Shown: positions 10,291 to 23,565, numbered from the stretch's first letter. The stretch: 64,000 nucleotides of DNA from Epiperipatus broadwayi (GCA_028023455.1 JAQFVV010000006.1:11284001-11348000), one strand, 5' to 3'. Notes: a model not told the origin generated them from the sequence alone. A program made the numbers and translations.

Positions 10291-12360
10291 TCGAGAATAC
10301 TAAAAGTCTGTGATAGGTTAACTAGAGCAGGAGGGAAATTGAAATTAGAAAAATGTGTATGGAAGGCGCAAGAACTAAATTTCCTGGGGCACTATTTCTG
10401 ACAAAGGAAAACGTCCTTTAAGTGATAAAGTGAGAGCAGTTAAAAATGCAGAAAGGCCTAAAAATGTTAAACAACTACAAGCGTTTTTGGGTCTAATAAA
10501 CTTTTTCGAGCCTTTTCTTAAAAATAAGGCAATGGTCACAAAACCTTTGTATGAATTATTACGCAAAGATCAAAAATGGATCTGGACGGAGACACAAGAC
10601 AAAGTTTTCGAAAAAACAAAAGAACTGTTATCTTCCGACAAGATGTTAGTGCATTTTGACAGTGAACGCGATGTCAGAATCACCATGGATGCATCAGTGG
10701 GGGACAGGAGCAGTTTTAGCGCACTCTATAGATGGAAATGAGCGTCCAGTCACATATGCATCCTGAACTTTATCGAAAGCGGAAAGAAATTATAGCCAGA
10801 TAGACAAAGAAGCACTAGCGATTATTTTCGCAGTAAAGAAATACCATCAATTTGTATTTGGGCATAGTTTCGAAATAATAACAGATCATAAGCCATTATT
10901 GGGGATTTTGGGAAATGATCGGGCAGCTCCTGAACATTTAAATCTGCGTATGTTAAGGTGATGGAATGTTTTAGCTTCATATGATTACTGTTTAAAATAT
11001 GTGGGGAAAAGAGATTGCACATGCAGATGCGTTATCAAGGTTACCAGATAACCAAGAGCCGGTAAATAGTGAAGCAGAAGTAAACTATATAGATAATATG
11101 AATTTGGAAATTGTAAATAGTGATACTGTACAAAAGTGGACTATGGAAAATGAGGGATATTATTTACTGATTAACTGGATCAAAAAAGGTGGCCTAAAAC
11201 TAAACCTAATTGTTTAGCAATGGGGTTTTGGGTTAACCATGATAAACTGTCTATATGTCGAGGATGTATTGTCATGGGAGACAGAGTAGTTATACATCCT
11301 GCAAGGAGATAGAGTGTTAAGATTGTTACATCAAGGACATCTGGGCATAGTGCGGGAAAAAACTTTGGCACGTAGTTATGTCTGGTGGCCTCAAATAAAT
11401 ATAGATATAGAAAAGTTCATAAAAAAATGTTTACCATATCAAGTAGAAAGCGCATTACCAGTTAAGTACTATGAACCCTGGCCGAAAGCAACTAAAGCTT
11501 GGGAAAGAGTTCATATTGACTATGCTGGACCAATAGATGGGAAAATTTTCGTTGTAACGGATGCGTATTCAAAATGGATTAAGAGCCACCTGGTGAAAAA
11601 TACGAGAGCTCAAGAAACGATCAAATGTTTTAAAACAATTTGTTACATACATGGTTTTCCTGAAGTAGTTGTATCGGTAACAGCACTGGATTTGTGAGTG
11701 ATGAACTAAATAAATTTTTTAGCACTTATGGAATAAAACATGTGTACACTACCATATCATCTGGAGTCAAATGGACTAGCGGAAAACGCCGTTCATCAAG
11801 TTAAACAAAGTTTGAAAAAATGGGAAAAGCTAGATATGCAAGAAGCTCTGCAAGAATTTATGCTACATCAGCACACAACACCATTGACAGCGACCGGAAA
11901 ATCACCAGCAGAATTTATATGTGGGCAGAAACTAAGAACTAAATTAGTGATATTATGCCCAGTGCTCAAAATATTGTGTTTAATAAGACATCCGGAAAAA
12001 CATTTTCAATAGGAGAACCTGTATGGATAAGAGACATTACTCACAAAAAATGGGTCGAAGGAATAATTGAAAAGTTAATATCAAAACAAATATATTCAAT
12101 TAGCGATCTGAATGGATTACAATACAGATGGCATATAAACCATATAAGACAAAGAGAGCTGGAAGAAGTACAACTAGATGTTTTTCAAGAAATGGGAACC
12201 CAAGAAATGAAGATGAACCCAGAACAGGAAATAACCGAAGATGAGAGAATAGAAGAGAAAACGGAAGTGACAGAATTGCATCATAAAACTGAAAAAGAGA
12301 AATTGCCCAGACCCGTACGGGATAAAAGGAAACCATGCAGATTAAATGATTATGTGTAAC
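10290..12360 (+). pseudogene. Ty3/Gypsy pol remnant (RT C-terminus, RNase H, integrase), frameshifted
   Basis: KLEKC..LNFLGH; QLQAFLGLINF; MDAS; RPVTYAS..AERNYSQIDKEALAIIFAVKKYHQF..ITDHKPL; LHQGHLGIV; WERVHIDYAGP; PYHLESNGLAENAV. Confidence 0.95.
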
Positions 12361-12397
12361 ATAAATAAACTCTAACTTCTGGAGTGAGGGGAGGAAG

Positions 12398-12952
12398 TGT
12401 TGCCTTCATTATTGAGAAATAAATAGCGATTTTACAAGAGAGAATTTACTCCAGAAATTTTCCCTTATTTTAGTTGAAAGTAAAAATAATTATAATGGAA
12501 AATAATTATAATTGAAAACAAGCAGTGGGGATTTATTTTAATTGAAAATAAAAATAACTAATTATAATGGAAATAATTATAATTGAAAACAAGTTGTGGG
12601 GATTATTTTTATCAAAGATAAAAATAACTAATTAAAGTTAAGAACAATCAAAACAGAGTTGGAAAACATGCGGTTAAGATTTCAGAGTGATGTAGCAGAT
12701 AAGACTTAAACAAAAGAACTGAGGGATATAAAAACAGTGAGAGGAAAATCATCGGGCACTCATTACAGTTTTGTTCAACCGAAGAAGTTGGATATGTATA
12801 GCTGTTAGAACTATTTGTGGCACAATTGTTTTAAGAATTGTTTCAGCCGAGTTCCAGATATTTAGTTATAATTCTTGTCCTCGTTTATGTTATCTATCAG
12901 ATTGAATGTGTTTTCCTACCCCTCTGAAAAACCTAGGGTCGAAGACATTACA
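12398..12952 (+). mobile_element. 3' LTR of the Gypsy element, preceded by PPT
   Basis: Purine tract ggagtgaggggaggaag (12381-12397), then TGTTG...; ends gaagacattaCA; internal tandem duplication of about 70 bp at 12483-12635. Confidence 0.65.
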
Positions 12953-13048
12953 TTGTGACATTTTGTAATTATAAATTTTATTAAACGCCCATTATTATAT
13001 TAAGTAATAATTTACTAAGGCTGTAACCTTAGAAATAAGCGTCTGAAA

Positions 13049-13578
13049 AATACGAAGGTAGGGACCTCTATAGGTCTTAAAAACACAAGCTTACGCTATG
13101 AAGAAAAGAGAGAATCCTTCTTTACTTCAACCTACTTTTATATATAAATAGGTGAAGTGAAGTGTTTGATCTAAGAGTGTGAAGATTCAATACTTCACTA
13201 ATTAAGTCACAATTCTATAATACATTAATACTAGAAATCTTACGATTTACTACGAGTCAATGAAAAGATCTTATAGTAAGAAATCTGTTACGATAATTTA
13301 TAATTACAACTTTAAATTATCGTAACAGATTTCTTACTATAAGATCTTTCCATTGACTCGTAGTAAATCGTAAGATTTCGCGAGTATTAATGTATTATAA
13401 GAATTGTGGACTTAATTAGTGAAGTATTGAATAGCTTCACACTCTTAGATCAAAACACTTCAGCTTCACTATTTATATATAAAAGTAGGTTGAGTAAAGA
13501 AGGATTCTCTGGATCTCTCTTTTCTTCATAGCGTAAGCTTGTGTTTTTAAGACCTATAGAGGTCCCTACCTTCGTATT
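13049..13578. repeat. Fold-back palindrome (arms about 252/266 bp, 12-nt loop) of repeat family F
   Basis: 13049-13300 is the reverse complement of 13313-13578; arms are homologous to 54720-54975 and 34345-34560; attgtgacatttt is repeated at 12952-12964 and 13576-13588. Confidence 0.95.
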
Positions 13579-13848
13579 GTGACATTTTATAAATTTGTAT
13601 TTTTGTTAATAAAAAAGCAAATAGAGAAAATTTTCAAAATAAATTTATGTTAAAATAATATTTTATAATGCATTATAATTTTATATTATTGATGGTGCAT
13701 TTTAAAAAAAAGGTTTGAAGAAATCTTAACATTCTAAAGTAATTCATGTGAACATGCATATGTATTAATGTAAACAGTCCTCTAGTCAAATCTATGCATT
13801 ATGCTATCAAAAATTAAATGTCGGGCATTCACGTTTAGTTATACTTCA

Positions 13849-14097
13849 TTATTCTTCTCCTTCACTTTCTTTGCATATCTTCATATAATCATATATATTA
13901 CTTATAATATTTCACTCATATACACTTTAATGCAAGTAATTTTCTTAACCTTCTTTATTTTCTTACAGTTTCGACTGTAAGAAGGATTAAGCTCCGACGA
14001 AGACTGCTGGACAGTCAAAACTGTATGAAAATAAAGAAGGTTAAGAAAATTACTTGCATTAAAGTGTATGTGAGTGAAGTTTTATAAGTAATATATA
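13849..14097 (-). mobile_element. HHR family C variant, inverted arms, decayed core
   Basis: ccgacgaagactgctggacagtcaaaactgta near 13999-14030; inverted arms; TSD tagttatacttca at 13836-13848 and 14098-14110. Confidence 0.75.
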
Positions 14098-14110
14098 TAG
14101 TTATACTTCA

Positions 14111-14327
14111 AAGGCAAAACTCCCCATACAGTAGTGCCACCCTGTGCCAAACAGAGTAATCAATGGATGCCAGAAGGCTTGTGCATAAAACCCCTATCTA
14201 GTGCCTACACATCCAAAATCCATTGATTACTCTGTTTGGCACAGGGAGGCACTACTGTATGGGGAGTTTTGCCTTTGTTTACAACAAATTATGTGCTAGT
14301 ATAGAGATGGTGATCATGTGATGTTTG
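14111..14327 (+). mobile_element. HHR family A, internally deleted fold-back copy with 14-bp TSD
   Basis: Arms about 14110-14169 / 14218-14277; terminal ggtgatcatgtgatgttt; TSD atagttatacttca at 14097-14110 and 14328-14341. Confidence 0.85.
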
Positions 14328-14919
14328 ATAGTTATACTTCACATAAAAAGAAATTATTTTTCCATATGCATAGCAGCAAAAATGACAAAAAACATTAAAT
14401 TGTAATTCTTGTTTAATAAGAAGTCAATAAAAATTGATAGAAAGTAAAACTAAGACTATTTCTCCATATGAGAACCCCATCTTTTTATTTCTGATTGTAT
14501 AATATCAAGAATACTATGAAAACTGAAAACAATGTATTTTTCATTTTTCAGTACATTTATGTGAATAACAGCATTTTTTAACTTTTTAGAAATTCCGAAT
14601 TATGCTCATTTCTGAAATATAAATGTTGAAGCACAATCGTATAAATGACTTTAATCATAGATTCATAAGTTTAAAAAAATAAATTATCTCAATGATAATT
14701 ATTTTTTTCTTTTGTTATAAAATATCTATAGTTCAATGTGAACATGCTACGAAAAGAAAATCTGACATATAAATTATTCAATTAATGTAAAGAGTTGTGA
14801 AAAAGATCGATTACGTAAGTAAAAAAACTGCATGTGTATATATTTTTCAAATTACTAAGTCATTATTGATCCTATTCTCAAAAAAATATTTTAGAAATTA
14901 ATATATTATAAATAGCAAT

Positions 14920-15112
14920 TGAACTTTATTACAAAACTTTTTTATATATACTGATGTTTTGACTGACCTGCAGTCTTTTTCAGAATGATGACTGATTATT
15001 TAATTTTCTTAAAAACATGTTTAAGAAATTGGAAATCATTATTAGTAACTCTGAAGAAGACTGCGGGGCAGTCGAAACATCAGTATATATAAAAAGTTTT
15101 ACAATAAAGTAT
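14920..15112. mobile_element. HHR family C, head-to-head pair
   Basis: Plus-strand CTGAAGA-A-GACTG-cgggg-CAGTC-GAAA-CATC at 15051-15083; decayed minus-strand mate at 14950-14987; a further decayed minus-strand core at about 15165-15210. Confidence 0.8.
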
Positions 15113-16199
15113 TTAATATAAAATAATACCACAAAATAAAGAAATCCGATATTTTTATTACATTTCCAGCTGATATTTTTGACTGACTAATAGTCTTTAT
15201 CAGAGCTATTTGGATTATCACAAAAACTCATACATGTTGAAACAATACTTTACCAGTATTTCTATATTACGGTACAGTAATATTATAAAAATGAATGTGG
15301 AAAAAAAAAATCACACTATTCAAAAAAACAAACCATTATTAAGCAATCATCTACAGGGAAATGTTAATACGTTTTAGAGCCTGAGACATATTTAAGTTAG
15401 GGGTCCTGAATCACAACAAGATGCATAAGATCTCCGAAACTTTTTATTTTAACTTTTGAGAATTTATATGCCTGCAGAAACCCCAAGTTTGTGCCTAAAA
15501 TGCTTATGCATAAGTATGACCCTTGCAAAATATGAATTTATATATATGATATTTATGCACGATGAAAATAGATATTAAACGACAACTTCTTGAAGTTTTG
15601 TAGTTTGGGATGATTAAAAGTCGGGAAAAATCACTACTTTATAAAATTCCATTGTAAGTACATTAGTAAACTGAATCAAGATTATTAATGAATAAATATG
15701 AAAAAAATATGGCAAATTGAAATTAGCATAATTGTGAAATGGGCTAAACAACCTCGCAATGTTCAAAATTCATTTCCATGTACAATATATAAATCTATAA
15801 AGACATTTATTCTGAACATGAAATATGATAATAAATAAGAACTAAACTTAATAAAAATATATTTCAATATAAATTTGTGAGAAATTTAATAACGTAATCA
15901 AATGCATTATACAGATCATTACTTAACATAGAACGGAAGTAAGTAACTAAGAGATATGATGAATATTAACCTAACTTTTGGAAAAACTTAAATTTTCCCA
16001 AATTTCAACTGGAGGGGAAGGGAATCCTTTAGGCATCATGATATTTGAGAAACTAGTCACTGGCTGATTTCTTTAGATCTAACCATAAATTAGAATGTGA
16101 TATTTAACTTTTTACAATCAATAAATATGTCATTACATACATACACATATATAATAGATAGAGCCAATGCATAACACCAGCTGAAATCTATGTAAGAAC

Positions 16200-16355
16200 G
16201 TCCCATAGCTAAATTATTTCAGCAACACTCCCTCTTTAAATAAAGAAACAGCTCAAATTTTAGCTATCCATTAAAAAGAATTTCCTTTTCATCAGGCTGG
16301 TAAACTGTTTCTTTATTTAAAGAGGAAGTGTGGCTGAAATAATATATCTATGGCA
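16200..16355. repeat. Inverted repeat (about 50-bp arms) with a decayed minus-strand CTGATGA core in the spacer
   Basis: ctcctctttaaataaagaaacag / ctgtttctttatttaaagagg. Confidence 0.8.
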
Positions 16356-17269
16356 CATTTCAAATATTATTTTGGGTAATAAAATATGTCCAATGCTATA
16401 TATATATACAATATTTGCGATTAAGATTCATAATGTCATACAAAACAGCCATTTATTCTTCCAATACTTCATAAGCAGCTCGTTAAATATGGACTTAAGC
16501 TAGGTTTGAGTGTATTTAAAAATATTTATATGTATTACGATTTAATTTCGAGATACCAAATTTCCTGTTCTCACAACTATGACCCCATACTTTCAAAATA
16601 AATACTTCATGATTATTATTATTTATTAGGCTAGAACATATCATTTTTAGCCCAAATATATATTTTAAACTTGAATTATAAATTAATGTACCGTTTATTA
16701 TTGAATATAAACACATGGAGTAATAATCTATTTTTCAATTTTTTTCCCAGGTATATTATCTTAGATATAGCTACAACTCTCTGTTCTGCCATGGTTGCTT
16801 TAATCACATGACTAAAGAAAAAATCTAAAAAAAAGGTCCATGACCTTCAAGATACATATCAGTACTCTTCGCTTGGCTCAGACCACAACCTCTCACACCA
16901 TAAAACCAAATGAGAGAACGTGACTTGGCTAAAGAATATTGGGTGAACATGAAATGTATCTGTGGAGAATGGTAATTTACCTTTTACAGATGGTATGTTG
17001 GGGTGATAAAAGTATTAGTTGTGAAATGGACAAAAGAATATAAATATGGTTATATACGCATCTAGATAATTTCAAAATTCTTGTTTTATGTCTTTCATTC
17101 ATTACTGTAAGAGTAAATCTAGACTGCTTTTAAGTAGCTCATTGTAACAGTCCTCTCCCCCCCAAAAAAAAAAAATTAGTAAAGAAAGTTCAACTTAGTA
17201 GATTACACAATTACAAATGGCAGGTGCTTTAGCAGGTTCCCTGCTCTTTCATTTATTGAGAAATGATTG

Positions 17270-17580
17270 GACCATTAAGATTAATGAATATGTTCTTCAA
17301 CTTGCCAAATGTCATACTATAGTCTGCTATTGTAAAAAATCAGAGCTTCACTGGATCGGACATTTTGAAATGCATGAACAATACAAGAGTTCCTAAAAAA
17401 AGGTATTTTATAATAAATCTGGGTGTGGTTTTTATGAAAAAGACAGATCTCATTTACATAATGAAAATTATCTTAATTACATTCTAAAAAAGTGATGATC
17501 ATGGTTGTTTTCACTGGGAATATATGGCTGACAATAGAACACAATGGAAAGTTACAATTAAACATGGTATTGATCTCCCC
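17270..17580 (+). mobile_element. RTE-clade (BovB-like) LINE C-terminal fragment
   Basis: ELHWIGH..RVPKKVFY..G and WEYMADNRTQWKVTIKHG motifs. Confidence 0.6.
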
Positions 17581-17829
17581 CTCCCCCTTTCGAAATTGAA
17601 AAAAAAAGTCTGAATCAAAAATATCATCCACTCACATGACACTAGTAGAGCAAATGTTAATCTATAAAAGAAAAAAGGCAGCAAATGGGATGGATAATCA
17701 TTAGCTATTTGATCGTAAATCAACAGATATCTATGCACAGCTTGGTGTTTCATCACATGACACCAGCTTGCACAATGCTGTTCAGTGATAAATTTTTAAC
17801 CACCCTTATGCTACCTAGTTCAAACTTTA

Positions 17830-18290
17830 GAAATCAATAGATACCAGATGACAGTGCTTAATAAATATTTGTCCAGTGCTGGCCTACTCAATATTTCCAG
17901 ACTAGTTTCTAGCTTATGGCTTTCATCAGTGATGAACTTTGGATCTTGGAGCAGAGTACCTAGCCTTTTGTATCTATTGTATTTTTCCTTTAGCAGCTAT
18001 CTTTTAATTTGCTAGTTTACTATCAAACTACTATCCTCAAACTCAAAAACATATCATGCTTGTTTAGTATTTACATAGTGAGTCCTTAGTTTTCTATAAT
18101 TATATCCACACCTCAAATATGTAAATGCATTTGTGGAGCATTAGATACAAAAGATCCAGGTGCACTGCTTCAAGATCCAAAGCTTCTCATTGACGAAAGC
18201 TGTAAGCTAGATCATAGTCTCAGGATTTTGGATAGGACAGCATTGGATAGGAATTTATCAAGCACTACCATCTGACATCTATAGGTTATT
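17830..18290. mobile_element. HHR family A', head-to-head pair
   Basis: Minus-strand CTGATGA-A-AGC-cataa-GCT-A-GAAA-CTAG-TC at about 17895-17935; decayed plus-strand mate at about 18187-18225; arms are inverted homologues. Confidence 0.8.
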
Positions 18291-18480
18291 AAAGCTTGCC
18301 CTAGGTGGTGTAAGTGTGGTGAGAAAAAAAATTTCTAATCAAAATAAAATTGCTGCTAAGAAATGTTTCTAATTTAACAGACCACCATTTCCATAAAATG
18401 GATGTTAAATACAGTATTGGAATACGATGTATATAGGTCAGTCAGGAAAGACTGCTATTGAAAGAGGTAAGAAATATTAT

Positions 18481-18690
18481 AGGGCAATTCACAGAAAGAA
18501 TACAAATCAGGGCCATATATTCATTTTCTGGCTACTGGATTATAGAAACATCATAGGACAATTCATAGAAAGAATATAAAATCAGGATCATATATTCATT
18601 TTTTGAATACTAAATCATTGGAATATCATAGGACAATTCATAGAAAGAATACAGCATCAGGGCTATCATATACATTTTTTGGATATTGGA
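18481..18690. repeat. Tandem repeat, 3 copies of about 72-75 bp
   Basis: Unit starts aggacaattcatagaaagaata..aatcagg..catatattcatttt. Confidence 0.85.
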
Positions 18691-18729
18691 TAAAAATATT
18701 CAGGTAATAAATAAAATCTTAAAAATTAA

Positions 18730-19130
18730 AGACCGAAAGAAATTATCACAAAAGTTGATATATTCAGGAATATTTAACCAAATGTGTAAACATGATTAAA
18801 GGTCTAGAACAATTAGGGGGAAAATGATCATTGTTGGAGTACAGGAAACTTTATTTATATTTAAAGCATTATTTTTTGTAGATTGCTTTGTAAATTGAAA
18901 GAAATTGGATTGTAATAATTTTTTTATGTTTATTCATTTTGATGGATATGGATGTATTTTACTATTTATGTCATGTAGTGTAATTTAAATAATGTCCACT
19001 GGGTGGAGTGACTATAGAGTAGTTAATCGTCTGATTGAAAAAGAGGAAACATCTTGATAAGGTTCTTTATAAGGAACGAAAGTCTGTTTTGATATGTTAA
19101 ATAAATTTTTATTTATTTTTATTTGTCTAT
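18730..19130 (+). mobile_element. Penelope-like element 3' end (GIY-YIG C-terminus, 3' UTR, decayed HHR)
   Basis: 18775-18835 matches the reverse complement of 38690-38750; decayed core ttgataaggttc..gaacGAAAgtc at 19054-19084. Confidence 0.7.
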
Positions 19131-20836
19131 TTCATTTTTGTTTAAGATTGACTATTATTTTAAATTTTATAAGCAAGATATCATTAGGAATAATTTTTTA
19201 AGAATGAAATTTTTATACTACATACACACACATGAATGTATGCATTCTTGTGAAATCCGCATTTCTTAATATATTAACTTCTCTAAGAGACATATATGAA
19301 TGTGATCTATGGGTTTGCCAAAAATTACCGAACAAAAACAATAGCAAACAAAAAATTAGAATAAATTATAATTTAAACATGATTGATAAGTTTAATTATT
19401 AAACTTTCTTTCTTAGTGTAATTCTTAAATCATATTGCATTAAAGAAATATTGCGACTTGACATATTAGGAAAATAATTTAAATACATAATTTAGATATA
19501 TAATTAAAACTATTGTTCACACATTTGTGACCCAAGATTTTCAAATCTACATGACAAGAAATAGATACAAAAAGCCTGGACTAATTTTTGTACTTTTTTT
19601 GTTATTTACTTCAATAAACAAGGAAATGACAACAGGTTATAAGCAGATAATTAATGTCTAAAAACTGTTTTTTGTATCGTCATCTAGGTTCGATCTCAGT
19701 TCAAGAACTAAAATTTTTGCCATGTGCAATTTACTGCAATGATCAATAATAAAGGGGTACAACTCAGAGATGAAGATTCCTAGATCAAAACCCTATTCTA
19801 TCAACTCTGGTACTCGATTATCACATGATCTCATGAATAATGAACTCTTTGATTAATTTTTTTATATACATAAAAAAAAAATCCCTGAAATTTTATGCAG
19901 AGATATATGACCCTTAATTGTAAATAGATGCAGAATGTGCATGCATACACAGGCTTCAACATAAATCTTGAAACATAAATCTATGAAATTACGAAGCCAG
20001 ATATTACAAATATGTGTGGTACTCAAATGTGAACAGTACAGTGCATTATATATTTCACAACCAAAAAGCAAACTATTCATGAATATATATTTGCAAATAG
20101 TTAAAAAAAAAAATCAATGTACTGTAGCCGTACAATGTATACGTCAAAAATCTTAAGGATTGTTCGTGAATAAGAGATATTTTGGAAAGCATTTTGTAAC
20201 GTTTATATCTGTATTATACATAATATAATTATTAATGTATAAAAGTTCGGACACAATTACGCACATTGCAATTTCATACTTCTATCTATTCCCTTTTTTC
20301 TTTCTACGCAATTTTCACTAATTCCCGTTACAAAGTTTATTTAATTTATTAACCCCAAAATTCATTAGAAATTCTAAATAAATAATAAAATTTAAATATA
20401 TATAATTAAAAAAAAGAAAAACGTGAACTTTTTCACAAGACAAAAAATAGAGTGCCAACTAAGTAATTTGTAAATGCATTTTTAGAAACATTTTTAAAAA
20501 TATATATATAATAAATAAATAATTTTTCAACTATTAAATCATTATAAAAAGCTTTTAACAAAACTTGGGTTTCAAATCCTGTGTTAAGAAATAATGGCAA
20601 ATAAATCAGAGCGGAGATAAAACATGAATTTACAATGTAACCAGTTAAAAAAATATTAACATTTTAAGATATTATAAACATTTAAGGATGTAAAAAAAAT
20701 ATGTCATTGGAATTTTTTTTTTTTTTTGTAAAGGCAAATTGTTAATCAACATTTACCGGGTTATTAATTACGGATGTAAAAATAGATTTTTAAAATTTGA
20801 TTCAATCGTTTTAAAAAGATATCACATATTCTTTTT

Positions 20837-20984
20837 TCATACGATCTTTGAGCCAACTGGTCTTTTCATTATTTTCTTAATCTTGCTCAGGTTTAAGCTT
20901 TCATTTTGTAAACCGCTCACTGAACCACATTCATAATATACAAACTTTAACAGATATTCGGTGGGATTACACCTAATGGCTGAC
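20837..20984 (-). CDS. Putative terminal coding exon of an unidentified host gene (SAIRCNPTEYLLKFVYYECGSVSGLQNESLNLSKIKKIMKRPVGSKIV*)
   Basis: Strong acceptor (T-run plus CAG at 20985-21000); one open frame of 48 codons ending in TGA; no match to a repeat in this window. Confidence 0.5.
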
Positions 20985-21649
20985 CTGAAAAAAAAAAAAA
21001 GATATTTCAATAATAAAAGTTAAAGCATAAATGATCTCTCAATTATTAATAAAAAAAATTTAAAATATAATGGAATGTTAATCATTTGGGAAATCATGTC
21101 AACCATTGAAAATCAAAAAACCAGTAGCCTTTGAATATTATTTTACCTCTGCAGTAATAAAACATCACATGACCTCATATGTGACCAAACTTTGGATTAA
21201 TTTTTTATTATTCAATAATTAGAATAAATTCATAAACATAAATCATATAGAGAAACAAAAACATAGATTCATTTTGTGTAATACTACCAGTTGGTAGAAC
21301 ATCCATATCAATGTAAGCAAAAAATAAGTAAATCAATAAGTTTCATTTTTTCATAAAATGTCAAAAACAAAAAAGCATGAAAATAGTAATCTTTAACAAA
21401 GAAATAATGATTGGACAACAAATATTTTCAATAAATCAATGCAAACATTGAGAAATTTTATTAGAAGTGGTAGCAAAGGGCCATTAGGAAGGTAAAACAA
21501 AAGAACCTGACAATAATGTTTGAAAACCTCAATTTAATCTATTCACCAAACAAATAACAAATATATTTAATAAGTATCGTGAATGCAAAAAATACCAGAA
21601 AAAATTATATGAACATTAAATTGTCGCTAATTGAATTTTTTGATGTGTT

Positions 21650-21990
21650 TCTGTTGATCATACTTACTGACAGTATGTTTTTCAATCATTGTTTACTAAA
21701 GATATAATTTTCAGGTTTGTTTTTATATAAATTATACTAACATTCATACTTTTATTTCATATGATCACCATTTCCTATGTTTACACAAGTTGTTCATACT
21801 TTCATATAGACTAAATCATTTTCAGAGAGGATCCTTCGTAAAATTTAAATCATTTGCTGTGTTTGTTAATAAAATTTCTGAGTGAAAGATGCATTGATCA
21901 TACTTACTGAAAATATTTGCTTTCCAATCATTGTTTTTTCACTAAATATATTAATTTCAGGTTGAATTTGAAGAAAATTTTATTACTTTC
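21650..21990. repeat. Direct repeat pair of about 70-100 bp
   Basis: ttgatcatacttactga..caatcattgttt..ttttcaggtt at about 21654 and 21894. Confidence 0.75.
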
Positions 21991-22070
21991 ACATTTTAAA
22001 ATATATTACAACATTTTTAAGCTTTTGATTTTTTAAAATATGAAACTTATCGATTAATTTATTCGTTTAC

Positions 22071-22145
22071 TTTGGTATGTAAAATGTGGCTTTCCCAAAG
22101 GGCAGTATGTAATGCAACCAGTATAATATATTTTCTACCCACCAG
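22071..22145 (-). CDS. Putative internal coding exon (WWVENILYWLHYILPFGKATFYIP), phase 2-2, in frame with 20837-20984
   Basis: Acceptor tttgtcatttttag, donor gtaaac; 75 nt; joins as ..YIPK-SAIRC... Confidence 0.45.
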
Positions 22146-22334
22146 CTAAAAATGACAAATTAGAAGCACTAAAAATCTAATAATGATTAATTGCAAAAAC
22201 AAGTTATTTTAATTTTCATTAAAAAGACAAAGAAACAAAGCAAATTCTACCACCCAGAAACCTTTGATAAAAAGTTTGCTTATTCATACCAGTCACTAGG
22301 TATCATAAAGATATGATTTAGAAAATACATAAGT

Positions 22335-22690
22335 AATCATCATCCCTATCATTTTCAACCATTATCGATCCACTGCAGGAAGTTTTTCCAAGTTCTATCC
22401 ATCTTCCCAATCTCTAGCCTCTTTTCCCCGCATCACTCCAGCACATTTCCTTGTTTTATCCATCGATCTCACATGTGATCTCTTTCTAAGTCTTTTACAA
22501 TCTATTCGAATCCAGTTTAAGATTTCAACTGTCCATCTTTTATCATCTCTTCTGCATTATGTCCACCCCAACTCCACTTCGGTCTCTTAATTCTTTCAAT
22601 GATGTCAATAAGATCTATTTGTTCTTTCACCCATGTATTTCATTTCTGAACCCTTCTTGTAAATCGTATCAACTTTATACATGTTCCACA
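22335..22690 (-). mobile_element. RTE-type LINE 3' fragment
   Basis: Same family as 26984-27545; (GAT)n-type tail at 22335. Confidence 0.85.
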
Positions 22691-22691
22691 T

Positions 22692-22800
22692 AGTTTGATG
22701 CAATGGTAAAATGTCAGACTTTGGATCATAAGATCCTTGGACCGATTCCAGTTCTGGCGCTCAAACTTCCTATGAACTTCCAAGCAGTAAAACCATTTAA
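22692..22800 (+). mobile_element. tRNA-derived SINE family 2
   Basis: A-box-like tgatgcaatggtaa, decayed B box, tail ctcaaactt..ccaagcagtaaaacc shared with 62720-62845. Confidence 0.65.
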
Positions 22801-23307
22801 TTATTTATTTATTTAACTGTATATATTTTTTAAAATATAAGAGCACTGAGGTACTGTCTATTGGTAAAAGATAAACAACTTTCAAATAGTCGACCACAGA
22901 CAAAATCCCTCCCACTCCTCAGAACTCCAATAAAAAAAATGGAGGTATTACTCATTAGACATGCCAATGGCTGGTTGATGAGAATGCGAGAAATTTTTCA
23001 CCTTTGTTTTATCCTCTATCTAAAAATAGCTAGATACCCACAATGCAATGTTCAAATATAAAACCAATATAATTTGATTTGAGATTAGTGATGTGTAAGG
23101 GTTTGACACAGCTGACGGAGAAGGTACAAATGAAGCAATCCCCTTGAGCTTTATAGTGTCATCGCTTGCAATTTATCTAATGTCTTATTTCACAATGAGA
23201 TCATCAGAAAATCCATATATTATAATTGGGATAAAATTCTAATGAATTTAATAAGAATGTAAGTAAATTTACGATTCATCAAATACATAATGCTAAGAAT
23301 ATATACC

Positions 23308-23565
23308 ATTCGCAGAGCCAATAAATCCGAATATGTTACTAAGATAATTCACACACTTGATTCCTAAAGAATTATTAAAGCAAACTTGTAAATAACACGA
23401 ACCTTTTGTTACATCAATACCAATCTGTTTCGTCAGATAAAAGATAAAGTAGACTGGCCAATATAACAAAATGTGGACATTATTTACAAGTTTGTTTAAA
23501 TGATTCTTTGGAAATCTAGTTTGACGATTCTCTCACTAACATATTCAGACTGGTTTGCTCTGTGA
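23308..23565. repeat. Diverged inverted repeat (about 118-bp arms)
   Basis: attcgcagagcc..gaatatgtta..aaacttgtaaataa versus the reverse complement of 23447-23565. Confidence 0.75.

Noticed and set aside
9875-12952. Single intact LTR retrotransposon
   Set aside because: The left segment does not match the 3' LTR, gag, protease and most of RT are missing, and there is no TSD.
16981-16998. ttttacag-ATG-gtatgt 3-nt microexon pattern
   Set aside because: Expected by chance in AT-rich DNA; no gene context.
20193-20334. Segment of about 140 bp with TGTAACG/CGTTACA ends
   Set aside because: No TSD and no internal similarity to the larger elements.
23000-23250. GFSDDL reading suggestive of a viral SDD or RT motif
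   Set aside because: Many in-frame stops and no other polymerase motifs.
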